Virus record (IMG/VR): IMGVR_UViG_3300044627_004059 | Location: 1 to 54,978 of that record | Origin: a virus | Lineage: Duplodnaviria; Caudoviricetes | Strand: one strand, 5' to 3' | Length of the DNA: 54,978 nt | Shown: positions 28,347 to 38,474 of the stretch, in pieces | Numbering within the stretch: the stretch's first letter is position 1 | How the letters are laid out: each line of letters starts with the position of its first letter | Notes under the pieces: model-generated | What the model was told of the DNA's origin: nothing | Database searches by the model: none | The model's input: only the letters and a program-made list of their open reading frames with translations | Program-made: the position numbers and the translations under genes

Positions 28347-29782
28347 TGGCAACTTTTTGGAGAACATACAACAATAAATTATATGATATTGGTCAAACTG
28401 ATCAACTAGGATTTTCAATATCAGATCCTTCTTATATTCCAGATGAATATTTAGAACAACAAAATTTTGTAATATTACGTACATGTTTTGGCATTGGTGA
28501 TTGGGGTATTATATCAGCTATGCCTAGAAAATTAAAAGAACGTTATCCGGATTGCAAAGTTTGGATACCTTCTCCTAAATTATTAAAATCCATGTTCGAA
28601 CATTTAGAACAAAATTGGTCATCGTGGGATGATCCATTTCAAGTAGTTCATACTATATTTGATAACAATCCATGGATCGATGGTTTTATTGATTCTTTCG
28701 AAGAGGATGTGTTTAACGATCATTATCGGATATATTCGGATAATGATGAACCATTATTAGAACAAATTTTAAGATTTTGGCAGTTTAATGATATTAATGA
28801 TATTCAGCCCGAATTGTATTTTTCTAAACAAGAACAAGAATTAGGAAATTCGATAATTAAACACCATGTCGGCAATTCGGAATTTGGTTGTTTTTTGTTA
28901 TCTAATCGATATAATTACGAATCCGATAACGTTTTGATAAATGAATTAAATAAATTTGATGTTCCTTATTTTTATTGGACAAAAGATCCTATAGAAATGA
29001 CGCGTTTTAATTTTATTAATAAAGCGTTAAACATGAGAAACATTGATACTCGTATTCAATTGTATATTAAATCTAAAGCTAAAGTCAACATAGGAAATCA
29101 AACAGGTATGACACAATTAGTAACTAGATATTCGCAAGTAATTGAATTGCAACGGCAATTTCCAATTGGCTCTAATATAATAGAAAATGAAATTTTAATA
29201 TCGGATCCTTTAAAGGTAAAATTATTAAAAAATGTTCCGGATAAATGGGAATCTAAAACTACTACATCTTTAAAATTTAAATCAGAATTAATAGATTTCT
29301 TTAATAAATCTGAATATAAAAATTTAACCGCATTGGAAGTAGGGTCGTCTACGGGGTATACTACAAGAATATTAAGTAATTTATTTAATCGAGTTACTGC
29401 AGTTGACGTATTACCCGATCGACATGAATATTCAAGAAACAACGTAAATTTTGAAAATTCAAATATTACTTATGTAATAGCAGATGTATACAACGAAAAA
29501 TGGATGTTTGGACATCATGATATCGTATTAATCGATTGCATTCATACATATCAACATGTTAAACAAGATATACTTAATGCAATTGAACTTTGTAATAAAC
29601 CAATATTGGTGTTTGATGACTACGGCTTATTTCCAGATATTAAACAAGCTATTGATGAATTTATTGATAATGGCACTTTTGAAGTACTTCAATATATAGG
29701 TCATGCTTTAGGAACGATTATTCCTAAAACGCAAAATAAAATTTTAAAACATTATGAAGGTATAATATGTCAAGTAAAATAG
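28346..29782 (+). CDS. Fusion of a GT9-like glycosyltransferase and a class I SAM methyltransferase
   Basis: N-half GIGD...PELYF...IGNQTG; C-half LEVGSSTGYT, AVD, LIDCIH, VFDDYG. Confidence 0.7.
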   Translation: MATFWRTYNNKLYDIGQTDQLGFSISDPSYIPDEYLEQQNFVILRTCFGIGDWGIISAMPRKLKERYPDCKVWIPSPKLLKSMFEHLEQNWSSWDDPFQVVHTIFDNNPWIDGFIDSFEEDVFNDHYRIYSDNDEPLLEQILRFWQFNDINDIQPELYFSKQEQELGNSIIKHHVGNSEFGCFLLSNRYNYESDNVLINELNKFDVPYFYWTKDPIEMTRFNFINKALNMRNIDTRIQLYIKSKAKVNIGNQTGMTQLVTRYSQVIELQRQFPIGSNIIENEILISDPLKVKLLKNVPDKWESKTTTSLKFKSELIDFFNKSEYKNLTALEVGSSTGYTTRILSNLFNRVTAVDVLPDRHEYSRNNVNFENSNITYVIADVYNEKWMFGHHDIVLIDCIHTYQHVKQDILNAIELCNKPILVFDDYGLFPDIKQAIDEFIDNGTFEVLQYIGHALGTIIPKTQNKILKHYEGIICQVK

Positions 29783-30489
29783 CAATATATACATCCATAT
29801 TTGGAGGATACGATAATTTAATTGAACATGAAATTAAATTTCCTGGCATTGATTTTATTTGTTTTTCAGATCGACAATTTGAATCAAAAACATGGAACGT
29901 AATACAATATCCTAAAATTTATTCGGATTCAAATAGAAATGCAAAAAAATTTAAAATACTTCCGCATCGATATTTAAAAGAATATGATTATAGTATATGG
30001 ATTGACGGAAATATGATAGTTAAAGAAAATCCAATTGAATTAATAAATTTATATTTATCTGATTCAAATGTAGCATTTTTTAGTCATGCTAATAATGTAT
30101 TAGATTCAAGAAATTGTATATATCAAGAAGCTCAATATATTTTAGATATAGGTCATAAAAATTATCAACAACGTCCGGATAGAGGAAATCTTTGTTATAA
30201 AGATAATCCTGCTTTAATTACGAAACAAATGGAAAACTATATACATGCTGGATATCCTTCAAATAATGGATTAATAACTGGAATGGTTATTGCGAGACGT
30301 CACAACGAAACAGACTGTATACAAGCTATGGAAGATTGGTGGACGGAGATTTGCTACAATTCTAAACGAGATCAATTAAGTTTTAATTATTGTGCATGGA
30401 AAAATAATTTAAAATTTAATTACATACCAGGAGATTCTCGAGACAATATCTTTTTTAAGAATTTAGGAAAACATATAGGAAAACAATAA
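29767..30489 (+). CDS. GT-A glycosyltransferase (DUF616/TOD1-like)
   Basis: YTSIFGGYD, KILPH, WIDGN, RDQLSFNY. Confidence 0.8.
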   Translation: MSSKIAIYTSIFGGYDNLIEHEIKFPGIDFICFSDRQFESKTWNVIQYPKIYSDSNRNAKKFKILPHRYLKEYDYSIWIDGNMIVKENPIELINLYLSDSNVAFFSHANNVLDSRNCIYQEAQYILDIGHKNYQQRPDRGNLCYKDNPALITKQMENYIHAGYPSNNGLITGMVIARRHNETDCIQAMEDWWTEICYNSKRDQLSFNYCAWKNNLKFNYIPGDSRDNIFFKNLGKHIGKQ

Positions 30490-30499
30490 TAAAAATAAT

Positions 30500-31210
30500 A
30501 TGATACAAATAGAACAATTAATTAAAACATATCATGAAGATGATATGGGCGGACATGATGTTAATATATTACATATGTCTGAAATACACACGAATTTCGT
30601 TCAGCCTGATTTGAACAAATTTACGTATAATCCAAATGATGATAACGATCAATCTGAATGGTATACAAAACAAAATTTTAATTACGATAATGCTAGAAAG
30701 GAAGAACATAGATTACGTAAATTTAGAATTTTTCATACGTATATGAAAAAGTATAATTGCAAATCTGTTTTAGACGTAGGGTTCGGTAGCGGATATTATA
30801 CTTGGAATTCTGCTATTAATGGATATGATACATTAGGAGCTGACTTTGAAAATGGTGCATATTATACTATGAAAAATATGTTAGAGACTAGTAATATTAA
30901 AAATTTAAGATTGTATAGTTTAAATTCAAATAGTATAGATAATTTAAATGAAACATTCGATGCAGTACTATCTATAGAAGTATTAGAACATATTTTAGAT
31001 CCTATGCCTTTACATGAAAGTCAAATTAAATTATGTAATAAGGTATTTTTTCTTGAAGAGTATTGTGGAGATCGTACAGTCACGGGACATATCGCACCCG
31101 AAGCAGCAAAAAAGCAAATTGTTGAAATGTGTTATGATTATGGTTTTGTAGAAGTACCGATGACATATGGATATCCTCCTCAAATATTTATTAAAAAAGA
31201 ATTACTGTAA
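30500..31210 (+). CDS. Class I SAM-dependent methyltransferase
   Basis: VLDVGFGSG, FDAVLSIEVLEH. Confidence 0.85.
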   Translation: MIQIEQLIKTYHEDDMGGHDVNILHMSEIHTNFVQPDLNKFTYNPNDDNDQSEWYTKQNFNYDNARKEEHRLRKFRIFHTYMKKYNCKSVLDVGFGSGYYTWNSAINGYDTLGADFENGAYYTMKNMLETSNIKNLRLYSLNSNSIDNLNETFDAVLSIEVLEHILDPMPLHESQIKLCNKVFFLEEYCGDRTVTGHIAPEAAKKQIVEMCYDYGFVEVPMTYGYPPQIFIKKELL

Positions 31211-32016
31211 TGAAAAATATAGTTTTTATACCTTTTATTAAACGAGAAGATTCATTTACAACAAGATCTGGTATAGGTAAAGCGGGTCGTACTGACGGAT
31301 ATGAATATGGAATTGATTCATGGAAACAATGGTGTAAAAAACACGATTGCGAATTAGTTATAATGGATCAACTACTTATGCCAGAATCTGAAATGTTAAT
31401 AACTTGGCAACGTTGGTGTGTATTAGATATATTAGAACATAATGAAATTGAATATGACCAAGTTTTAGTAGTAGATGCCGATTCAATTGTACACCCAGAT
31501 TGTCCTAATTTTTTCGAATTAACTGATAATAAATTTTCAAGTCCGTTAACGGATGGAGATTATGAATGGGTATGTCGCGCCATTAATGGATATTCTAAAA
31601 TGTTTTTTAATAAAGAATATTGTTTGCCATCATATGAATTTTTTATGACTGGTTTCGTAATCGTTAATAAAACACATAAAGAATTTTTATCCAAAGTAAC
31701 AAATTGGTATTTAGAAAATAAAGATGCGGTTAAACAATCATATGATATTTTATTAACTGGTAGTGATATTGCTTTAATGAATTGTTTACGTAAAGAATTT
31801 GATATCGAATTAAATATACTTCCTAGAGAATACGGAGTAATGGATTTACATCGTAAAAATTTATTGTATGTATCGAACCAATGTTGGTGGAAAGACGATT
31901 TAACTAATTTATACAATTCCGGATGGGTATATCAATTTAATGCAATACCACAAAACGAACTAGGAAGAACTAGAGCATATTTTATGCAACGTATATACAA
32001 TGATTTATATAAATAA
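31210..32016 (+). CDS. GT-A glycosyltransferase (GT8/GT34-like)
   Basis: SWKQWC, VVDAD (DxD), P..F, TGF pattern. Confidence 0.7.
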   Translation: MKNIVFIPFIKREDSFTTRSGIGKAGRTDGYEYGIDSWKQWCKKHDCELVIMDQLLMPESEMLITWQRWCVLDILEHNEIEYDQVLVVDADSIVHPDCPNFFELTDNKFSSPLTDGDYEWVCRAINGYSKMFFNKEYCLPSYEFFMTGFVIVNKTHKEFLSKVTNWYLENKDAVKQSYDILLTGSDIALMNCLRKEFDIELNILPREYGVMDLHRKNLLYVSNQCWWKDDLTNLYNSGWVYQFNAIPQNELGRTRAYFMQRIYNDLYK

Positions 32017-32017
32017 T

Positions 32018-32046
32018 TTGGTTAACTGTAAAAAAATGATTATATT
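32018..32046 (+). promoter_or_regulatory. Class 1 promoter-like motif (TTG-N20-TATATT) upstream of the NDP-sugar tailoring genes
   Basis: Recurrent motif; ATG lies 6 nt downstream. Confidence 0.62.
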
Positions 32047-32052
32047 CATAAT

Positions 32053-33231
32053 ATGAAAAAAAATAAAATAGAATTTTTAAATTTAGGCAAACAGCCAATA
32101 GCTAATAAATTTATTGAAAAAACAGATATTGATAATGAGTTTTTCTACAATTTATCAGTTGGCTTTGATAATGAAACCAATTTAATAACTCATATGGAAT
32201 ATGTAGATCCGCCATTAATGTTTAACGAAACTTATGCATACAGAGGGTCTATGTCTAAAACAATGCAAACACATTTTAAAAATTTTAGTAAAATGTTAAA
32301 TTTAGACTCAAATAGTAAAGTATTAGAAATTGGAAGTAATGATGGAGTTTTTTTAAAAAATTGGAATCCGTTAACAACATTTGCAGTTGAACCATGTAGT
32401 AATTTTGCAAAAGAAACAAATGACATGGGATACAAAACATATTCAGAATTCTGGACTACTAACTTAGCTAATCGTATTAAATCGGAACATGGTACCATGG
32501 ATTTAATTTTTGCGGCTAATTGTATATGTCATATTCCGGATTTAGATGAAACGTTTAAAGCGGTACATACTTTATTATCCGATACAGGCTTGTTTATTTT
32601 TGAAGACCCATCGTTAGCTCAAATGATAAACACTAATTCATATGATCAGATATATGACGAACATCCTCATATTTTTTCAGTAATAGCATTACGTAATTTA
32701 CTATCAAGAAATGGTTTAACAATTGTTAAAGTAGATAATATACCCGTACATGGCGGTTCTAATCGTATATACGTAATGAAATCTGAATTTGCAAATGTAG
32801 ATTCTAGTGTAGAAAATAATATTCAATTTGAATTAATGTTAGGGTTAGATAAGTTAGAAACGTTTCAAAATTTCGCAAACAGGGTAGCTCAATCAAAAAC
32901 AGATTTAATTGAATTGTTAACTAGATGTAAACGATTAGGTAAAAAAATTATTAGTTATGGAGCAACTTCAAAATCTACTACCGTATTTAATTATTGCGAA
33001 ATCGATACATCATTAATTGATTATGTAATTGATACTACTCCAGAAAAAATAAGAAAATTAACTCCCGGATCGCATATTCCAATTAAAAATTCAAACGGAA
33101 TTGATTCCGATGTTGATGTAGTATATTTAGGTGCATGGAATTTTGCAACAGAAATTATGAATAAAGAATCAGAATTCATCGAACGCGGTGGTAAATTCAT
33201 TACACACGTTCCAATAGTAAAATTTATATAA
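32053..33231 (+). CDS. NDP-hexose C-methyltransferase family protein
   Basis: LGKQPIAN, EIGSNDG, YDEH, HGGS, YGATSK, AWNF. Confidence 0.88.
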   Translation: MKKNKIEFLNLGKQPIANKFIEKTDIDNEFFYNLSVGFDNETNLITHMEYVDPPLMFNETYAYRGSMSKTMQTHFKNFSKMLNLDSNSKVLEIGSNDGVFLKNWNPLTTFAVEPCSNFAKETNDMGYKTYSEFWTTNLANRIKSEHGTMDLIFAANCICHIPDLDETFKAVHTLLSDTGLFIFEDPSLAQMINTNSYDQIYDEHPHIFSVIALRNLLSRNGLTIVKVDNIPVHGGSNRIYVMKSEFANVDSSVENNIQFELMLGLDKLETFQNFANRVAQSKTDLIELLTRCKRLGKKIISYGATSKSTTVFNYCEIDTSLIDYVIDTTPEKIRKLTPGSHIPIKNSNGIDSDVDVVYLGAWNFATEIMNKESEFIERGGKFITHVPIVKFI

Positions 33232-33241
33232 TATAGAATAT

Positions 33242-33625
33242 ATGACATTTCATGAAGATGACAGAGCGCAACGATTTCTGGATGTTTTTAACAACATTGA
33301 CGGGCAGATTAACGTGTCATATGTTAATTCTATAGAACATATAGTAGCGTGGCATAAACATAAAATACAAACAGATTATTGGATTTGTTTAAAAGGATCG
33401 TTTAAGGTTGGATTAGCATATGAAGATGGCACAGTTAAATGGGAATATCTGTCAGATAAAAATCCAAGAGTATTAGAAATTACACCAGGTATTTATCATG
33501 GATATAAAGCATTAGAACCAGGATCGATTTTATTATATTATTTAACAAAAAAATATAATCCCGATGACGAAATGCGCGCTGCGGTCGGTGCATTCAATGA
33601 AAGTTGGGATACTATAAATAAATAA
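33242..33625 (+). CDS. RmlC-like cupin (NDP-4-keto-sugar 3,5-epimerase)
   Basis: DDR, AWHKH, PGIYHGY. Confidence 0.75.
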   Translation: MTFHEDDRAQRFLDVFNNIDGQINVSYVNSIEHIVAWHKHKIQTDYWICLKGSFKVGLAYEDGTVKWEYLSDKNPRVLEITPGIYHGYKALEPGSILLYYLTKKYNPDDEMRAAVGAFNESWDTINK

Positions 33626-33628
33626 CTT

Positions 33629-34042
33629 ATGGTTACATTAAATAACGTTTTAACATTTAGGCTGCGACAATACGTCGAACAGAATGGTAATTTATTGCCG
33701 ATAGAATTCGATAAGACTATTCCATTTAAACCTAAACGTACTTTTTTTGTATGTAATGTCCCTGATCAACAAATACGTGGTTGTCATGCACATTATAAAA
33801 CAAAACAATTAATAATATGTCTTAACGGTGAAATAACAGTTAAATTACATGATGGTAATAATGCACGATCATATGTATTAACAAGTGGCGATGCTATTTA
33901 CATACCAAATTTAATTTGGGACGAACAGATGTATCATTCAGTAGATACCGTGTTAGTATCGTTATGTAGTACACACTACGATACGGATGATTATATTCAT
34001 AATTTCGACGAGTTTGTAAAATTAAAAAAAAATAAAAAATGA
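33629..34042 (+). CDS. FdtA/QdtA-like NDP-sugar 3,4-ketoisomerase
   Basis: GNL..IE, IPF..KR.F, RGCHAH, DDYI. Confidence 0.85.
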   Translation: MVTLNNVLTFRLRQYVEQNGNLLPIEFDKTIPFKPKRTFFVCNVPDQQIRGCHAHYKTKQLIICLNGEITVKLHDGNNARSYVLTSGDAIYIPNLIWDEQMYHSVDTVLVSLCSTHYDTDDYIHNFDEFVKLKKNKK

Positions 34043-34058
34043 ATTTTTTAGAAGAATT

Positions 34059-34700
34059 ATGAATAAATGTAAAATACCGCATCTATCAATAGATAATTTT
34101 ATTCCATCAAATGCATTAGTACGAGCAGCTGCTAATAGTTTCCATCACGGTATGGATTGGGTTAAGTATGATGCTAGTGATAATCAAATACAATATTGTT
34201 CTAAGCTCGGCAGAGAAAACTTACCACTGGCTGCAGCACTTTGTTTGGATTACATAGCAACTAATTTTGACCCTAATACAGCTTTTAACGGTCTGACAAC
34301 AAATGCATTTCCAGACTTAACACATTATGGGGGAGGAATGATGATAACTCCTAATTCAAATAATGAGGGTGGATTCTTAGGAATGCATATAGATGCAGAA
34401 GTCCATGGACTGCATAACGATTGGAAACGAGAATATAGTGCTATACTTTGTTTATCTGAAGAATTTGACGAATCTTTTGATCTTAGACTACATGATGGCG
34501 TAAACCATACTCGAGTACCTTATAAGTTTAATACATTAAATATTTTTAAGTGTAGTGAATATTCATGGCACGGATTTCCAGAAATAACAAACGGCATGGA
34601 TCGTAAAACGTTAGGAGTTATGTTTTGGTCTAAAATGACTGATGAAGATAAAAAGAGAGAGAAGATAAAAGCTAGATTTAATAATAATTTACAGTTTTAG
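34059..34700 (+). CDS. 2OG-Fe(II) oxygenase
   Basis: GGG, HID (HxD), SWHG, RK facial triad plus Arg pattern. Confidence 0.8.
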   Translation: MNKCKIPHLSIDNFIPSNALVRAAANSFHHGMDWVKYDASDNQIQYCSKLGRENLPLAAALCLDYIATNFDPNTAFNGLTTNAFPDLTHYGGGMMITPNSNNEGGFLGMHIDAEVHGLHNDWKREYSAILCLSEEFDESFDLRLHDGVNHTRVPYKFNTLNIFKCSEYSWHGFPEITNGMDRKTLGVMFWSKMTDEDKKREKIKARFNNNLQF

Positions 34701-34710
34701 TATTACTACA

Positions 34711-35418
34711 ATGAAAATTCTTATCTCAGGTGGCGACGGTAAGTTTGCAAAAGAATTGCAAATTCAGAATTCGAATTTTGAATTAATTTTATTGTCTAAA
34801 ACCAAAATGGATATTACTAATTTATCATCGATAAATAATGCTATTGATAAGTATAAGCCTGATGTCTTTATTCATACAGCTGCATTATCTCGTCCAATGA
34901 TAGTACATGATACGAATCCAGATAAAAGTATTCAGTTAAATATCATAGGTACTTCTAATTGTGTATTAGCATGCATGCAGCATAACATTAAAATAGTATA
35001 CATCTCTACCGATTTTATTTATCCTGGGATTAATGGAAATTACAAAGAAACTGATCCGATATATCCCGTCAATAAGTATGCTTGGTCAAAGTTAGGCGGA
35101 GAATGTTCTTGTATGTTGTATGAAAATTCTTTAATATTACGTATAGCAATGTTTGTTAAACCATTTCCGCACGATAAAGCATTTGTAGATAGTTTTAAAA
35201 GTCCTTTATGGAATGATGAAGCTGCAAAAATACTACTAAGATTAATTGAATTAAATGCTACCGGAATTTATAATATCGGAGGAGAAAAAAAATCAATATA
35301 TGATTTTGTAATACGAGAAAATTTCAATATATTAAAAGAAAATAAAGCTAATATCAAAGAAAACGTGCCAACAGATGTTAGTATGAATCTTACTAAATTA
35401 AATGATATTTTGTTATGA
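34711..35418 (+). CDS. RmlD-like NDP-4-keto-sugar reductase
   Basis: ILISGGDG, HTAA, YISTD, YAWSK. Confidence 0.85.
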   Translation: MKILISGGDGKFAKELQIQNSNFELILLSKTKMDITNLSSINNAIDKYKPDVFIHTAALSRPMIVHDTNPDKSIQLNIIGTSNCVLACMQHNIKIVYISTDFIYPGINGNYKETDPIYPVNKYAWSKLGGECSCMLYENSLILRIAMFVKPFPHDKAFVDSFKSPLWNDEAAKILLRLIELNATGIYNIGGEKKSIYDFVIRENFNILKENKANIKENVPTDVSMNLTKLNDILL

Positions 35419-36338
35419 TACAATTATTTAACATTCCAAATTATACAATCGATACTTCGAAGTTTTCGCATTATTTGCATGGCACTAATGTAACAGATTT
35501 TGAACAACGTTTTGCAGAATATGTAGGTGCAAAATATGCAGTTAGCGTTAATAGTGCAACAAATGCTATTTTTTTAATGTTTTTAAACAAAAACTTAACT
35601 ATTAATGTTCCGTCAATGATTCCTCCGGTTGTACTAAATGCGTTAATTACATCTGGAAATAAAATTAATTTTATAGACGATACTGAGTGGATTGGCGGAT
35701 CGTATACATTGCATAAATTTGAAGATTATAAAATTATTGATTCTGCGCAACGAGTAGATGCAAATCAGTTTAAAATAGAAGCTAATGAAAATGATTTAAT
35801 GTTTTTTAGTTTTTATCCTACAAAACCAGTAGGCAGTACGGATGGTGGTATTATAGTTAGTAACGATAAACAAAAAATCGATTATTTACGAATGTTATCA
35901 TTTAACGGAATGTCGTTTGCTGAAAACAATTGGGATAGGAAAATATGTATGCCTGGTTATAAGTTTTATATGAATAGTATTCAAGCATATATTGCAAATG
36001 AAAATTTATCTAAATTAGAACATAAAAAACAACGATTATTTGAAGTACGACATATTTATAATAAAGAATTAGGTTATAATAATACAAGCGAACATTTGTA
36101 TAGAATTAATGTTAAAGATCGCGATGAGTTTATAAAACATATGAAATCCGTCGGTATATTATGTGGTATTCATTACGAATCGCAACATTGCAATGATGTT
36201 TATACTAAATCTGTAAAATTTATTTGTCCAAATTCTGAATTAGAATCATTAACTACCGTCAGTATTCCATTTCACGAATCTTTAACTAAAAACGAAGTAA
36301 TCCACATTATTAAAAATATTAAGTATGCGACTATGTGA
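35415..36338 (+). CDS. DegT/DnrJ/EryC1/StrS sugar aminotransferase
   Basis: NSAT, DSAQ, SFYPTKP (PLP Lys), DGG, SIPFH. Confidence 0.9.
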   Translation: MIQLFNIPNYTIDTSKFSHYLHGTNVTDFEQRFAEYVGAKYAVSVNSATNAIFLMFLNKNLTINVPSMIPPVVLNALITSGNKINFIDDTEWIGGSYTLHKFEDYKIIDSAQRVDANQFKIEANENDLMFFSFYPTKPVGSTDGGIIVSNDKQKIDYLRMLSFNGMSFAENNWDRKICMPGYKFYMNSIQAYIANENLSKLEHKKQRLFEVRHIYNKELGYNNTSEHLYRINVKDRDEFIKHMKSVGILCGIHYESQHCNDVYTKSVKFICPNSELESLTTVSIPFHESLTKNEVIHIIKNIKYATM

Positions 36339-36855
36339 ACAACATAAATATCAAGAAAATGAACGATGTATTCATGAATTTGTAAAAACACATCAACCTA
36401 AAACAATTGTTGAATTAGGCTACGGCTCTGGTGCATTAACGGTTGCTATGAGTTATGCTTGTAGAGAATACAATGGTTTGATTTTTTCTTATGATATGAT
36501 ATCTCCAAATTTAGCTATTTCTAGATTAACGGAACGAAATTTATATGATTTATGTACTATAACTCAAGGAAACGTTTACAAAACGTATTTAGTTGACCCA
36601 ATACCATTTGATATGATATTGATAGATATTGATAATACATGGGAACTGATATTTGATGTTGTTATTAACAATGAATTTATCAATAAACAAATTAAACAAG
36701 GTTCTAAAGTGATTATCGAAGGCGGTGCTGATTTACATCCTCGAATAAATAAAACTACATTGAAACATTTTCATAATACAATTGGAAAAGACGTATTCGA
36801 ATTTACACACATATCAGGCCCTCGAACTAGTTTATCTATTTTAAATTTATTATGA
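36325..36855 (+). CDS. SAM-dependent O-methyltransferase-like protein
   Basis: PKTIVELGYGSG, FDMILIDID. Confidence 0.75.
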   Translation: MRLCEQHKYQENERCIHEFVKTHQPKTIVELGYGSGALTVAMSYACREYNGLIFSYDMISPNLAISRLTERNLYDLCTITQGNVYKTYLVDPIPFDMILIDIDNTWELIFDVVINNEFINKQIKQGSKVIIEGGADLHPRINKTTLKHFHNTIGKDVFEFTHISGPRTSLSILNLL

Positions 36856-37718
36856 AAAAATTAGCAGTTATAGCCTCCGGCTGGCATTATGCATATCAAT
36901 TTTATGAAGGCATCGCTTCGCAGAGTATTCCAGCTGATTTACATGTTGATTTATTTGTTATTAGTCATAGAAAACCTGATGATTTTAATACGATAAATGA
37001 AAAAGAATACATCAGACAGTATAACGGCGATAATTTACTTTATAAATTAGATAAAGAGTTGTATAAAAAAGTTATTACGAAACAAGATTTATCTAATATG
37101 GGTTGGAAATATCTCGAAAAGCCTAATACTATCGGAGATATGGAAGTTTTTAACCAATGGTCAGAAGATTATGATTTTAAAGATTACGATATATTTCTTA
37201 TCACGCACGATGATAATTTAATTTTATCTGACCAACTGTTCGTTGATATTTTTAGTAATGAAATTAAATTATTTAAACCTATATACGAATCTAGATATGG
37301 ATCTACGGGACATCAATTTAAAACCCATATGGTACAAAATGAATTGGATTGGATGTTTTTAGATAATGGATATTCCGAATATATTCCTAAAGCATATACT
37401 CCACGTGGTTCTTTTAGTTTTTATACAAAAGAACTTATAAATTTATTACCAGAACATAAATTTCCAATGGATAATATATCATTAACTAGAGTCGGGTTAA
37501 CTAATTCGGGTGAATACAAAGATTTAACCGAATGGAATACAAATGCTGGAAATTTTAGAAATTTTTTATATAAAGATTCGTTAGTAGAAAAAACTCGATG
37601 GTTATCGGAAACTAAACGAGTTAGTAAATATTGTATCGAAGGCGAACGAGGATTCATTCATAATAACAATAGCAATGAATTTCATTATGAAAACGCCGTT
37701 AAAAACATTATATCATGA
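36852..37718 (+). CDS. Putative GT-A glycosyltransferase
   Basis: LITHDD (DxD-like), RGSF; cluster context. Confidence 0.55.
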   Translation: MKKLAVIASGWHYAYQFYEGIASQSIPADLHVDLFVISHRKPDDFNTINEKEYIRQYNGDNLLYKLDKELYKKVITKQDLSNMGWKYLEKPNTIGDMEVFNQWSEDYDFKDYDIFLITHDDNLILSDQLFVDIFSNEIKLFKPIYESRYGSTGHQFKTHMVQNELDWMFLDNGYSEYIPKAYTPRGSFSFYTKELINLLPEHKFPMDNISLTRVGLTNSGEYKDLTEWNTNAGNFRNFLYKDSLVEKTRWLSETKRVSKYCIEGERGFIHNNNSNEFHYENAVKNIIS

Positions 37719-38446
37719 TAACAAATCCTATAATACATGACAGACACATAGTTAAAAACTATTTTGAAAATATGGTTTTTAATAATATACACAAAAATAA
37801 ATTTATTACGCCAAAAGATCTTACAATTGTAACATGTAGAAACTTAGGTACTATGGAAGATAGAATTATCAATTCTTTATCTGGATATGAACATAAATCA
37901 ATATTAGAATGTAATTTAGAATATTTAGGAATTAATGATTTAGTTGTATTGACTGACAATCGATTGCCATGGCGAAATACTTTTAAAATTGAAATGATTT
38001 ATAATTATCTTCAATCTGGTAAGTGTACTACAAAATACATTATGTATTGCGATGCAATTGATGTAATTTTTATTGACGATCCGAATCGCGTAATAGATAT
38101 TTTTAAAGCACATGAATGTAAAATGTTATTCATGTCAACGCCAGCTAAACATGGTTATGCACTTATGCCACAAATAAAACAATGGGCAGATAAACTTAGT
38201 ACTAGATATTTAAATTCTGGCGTATGGATAGGTGAAACTGATTTCGTATACGATGTATTTCATGAAGCACGTAACTATATAACTCCACATGGTGCTACAA
38301 TGGATAAGTTATCCGAATATTGGAATTCGAAACCAGAAAATTTTCCAATTGGGTCTGATGATCAAGATATACTAAGATTTATTCAACCTAAATTTCATCC
38401 AGAACTTAAAGTTGATTATGATAATATAATAGCATATAGAAATTAA
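37715..38446 (+). CDS. GT-A glycosyltransferase (PLOD-GT-like)
   Basis: KI, YCDAID, YLNSGVWIG, DDQ. Confidence 0.72.
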   Translation: MITNPIIHDRHIVKNYFENMVFNNIHKNKFITPKDLTIVTCRNLGTMEDRIINSLSGYEHKSILECNLEYLGINDLVVLTDNRLPWRNTFKIEMIYNYLQSGKCTTKYIMYCDAIDVIFIDDPNRVIDIFKAHECKMLFMSTPAKHGYALMPQIKQWADKLSTRYLNSGVWIGETDFVYDVFHEARNYITPHGATMDKLSEYWNSKPENFPIGSDDQDILRFIQPKFHPELKVDYDNIIAYRN

Positions 38447-38474
38447 AAAAAAATTTTTTTATTTTAAAAAATAA

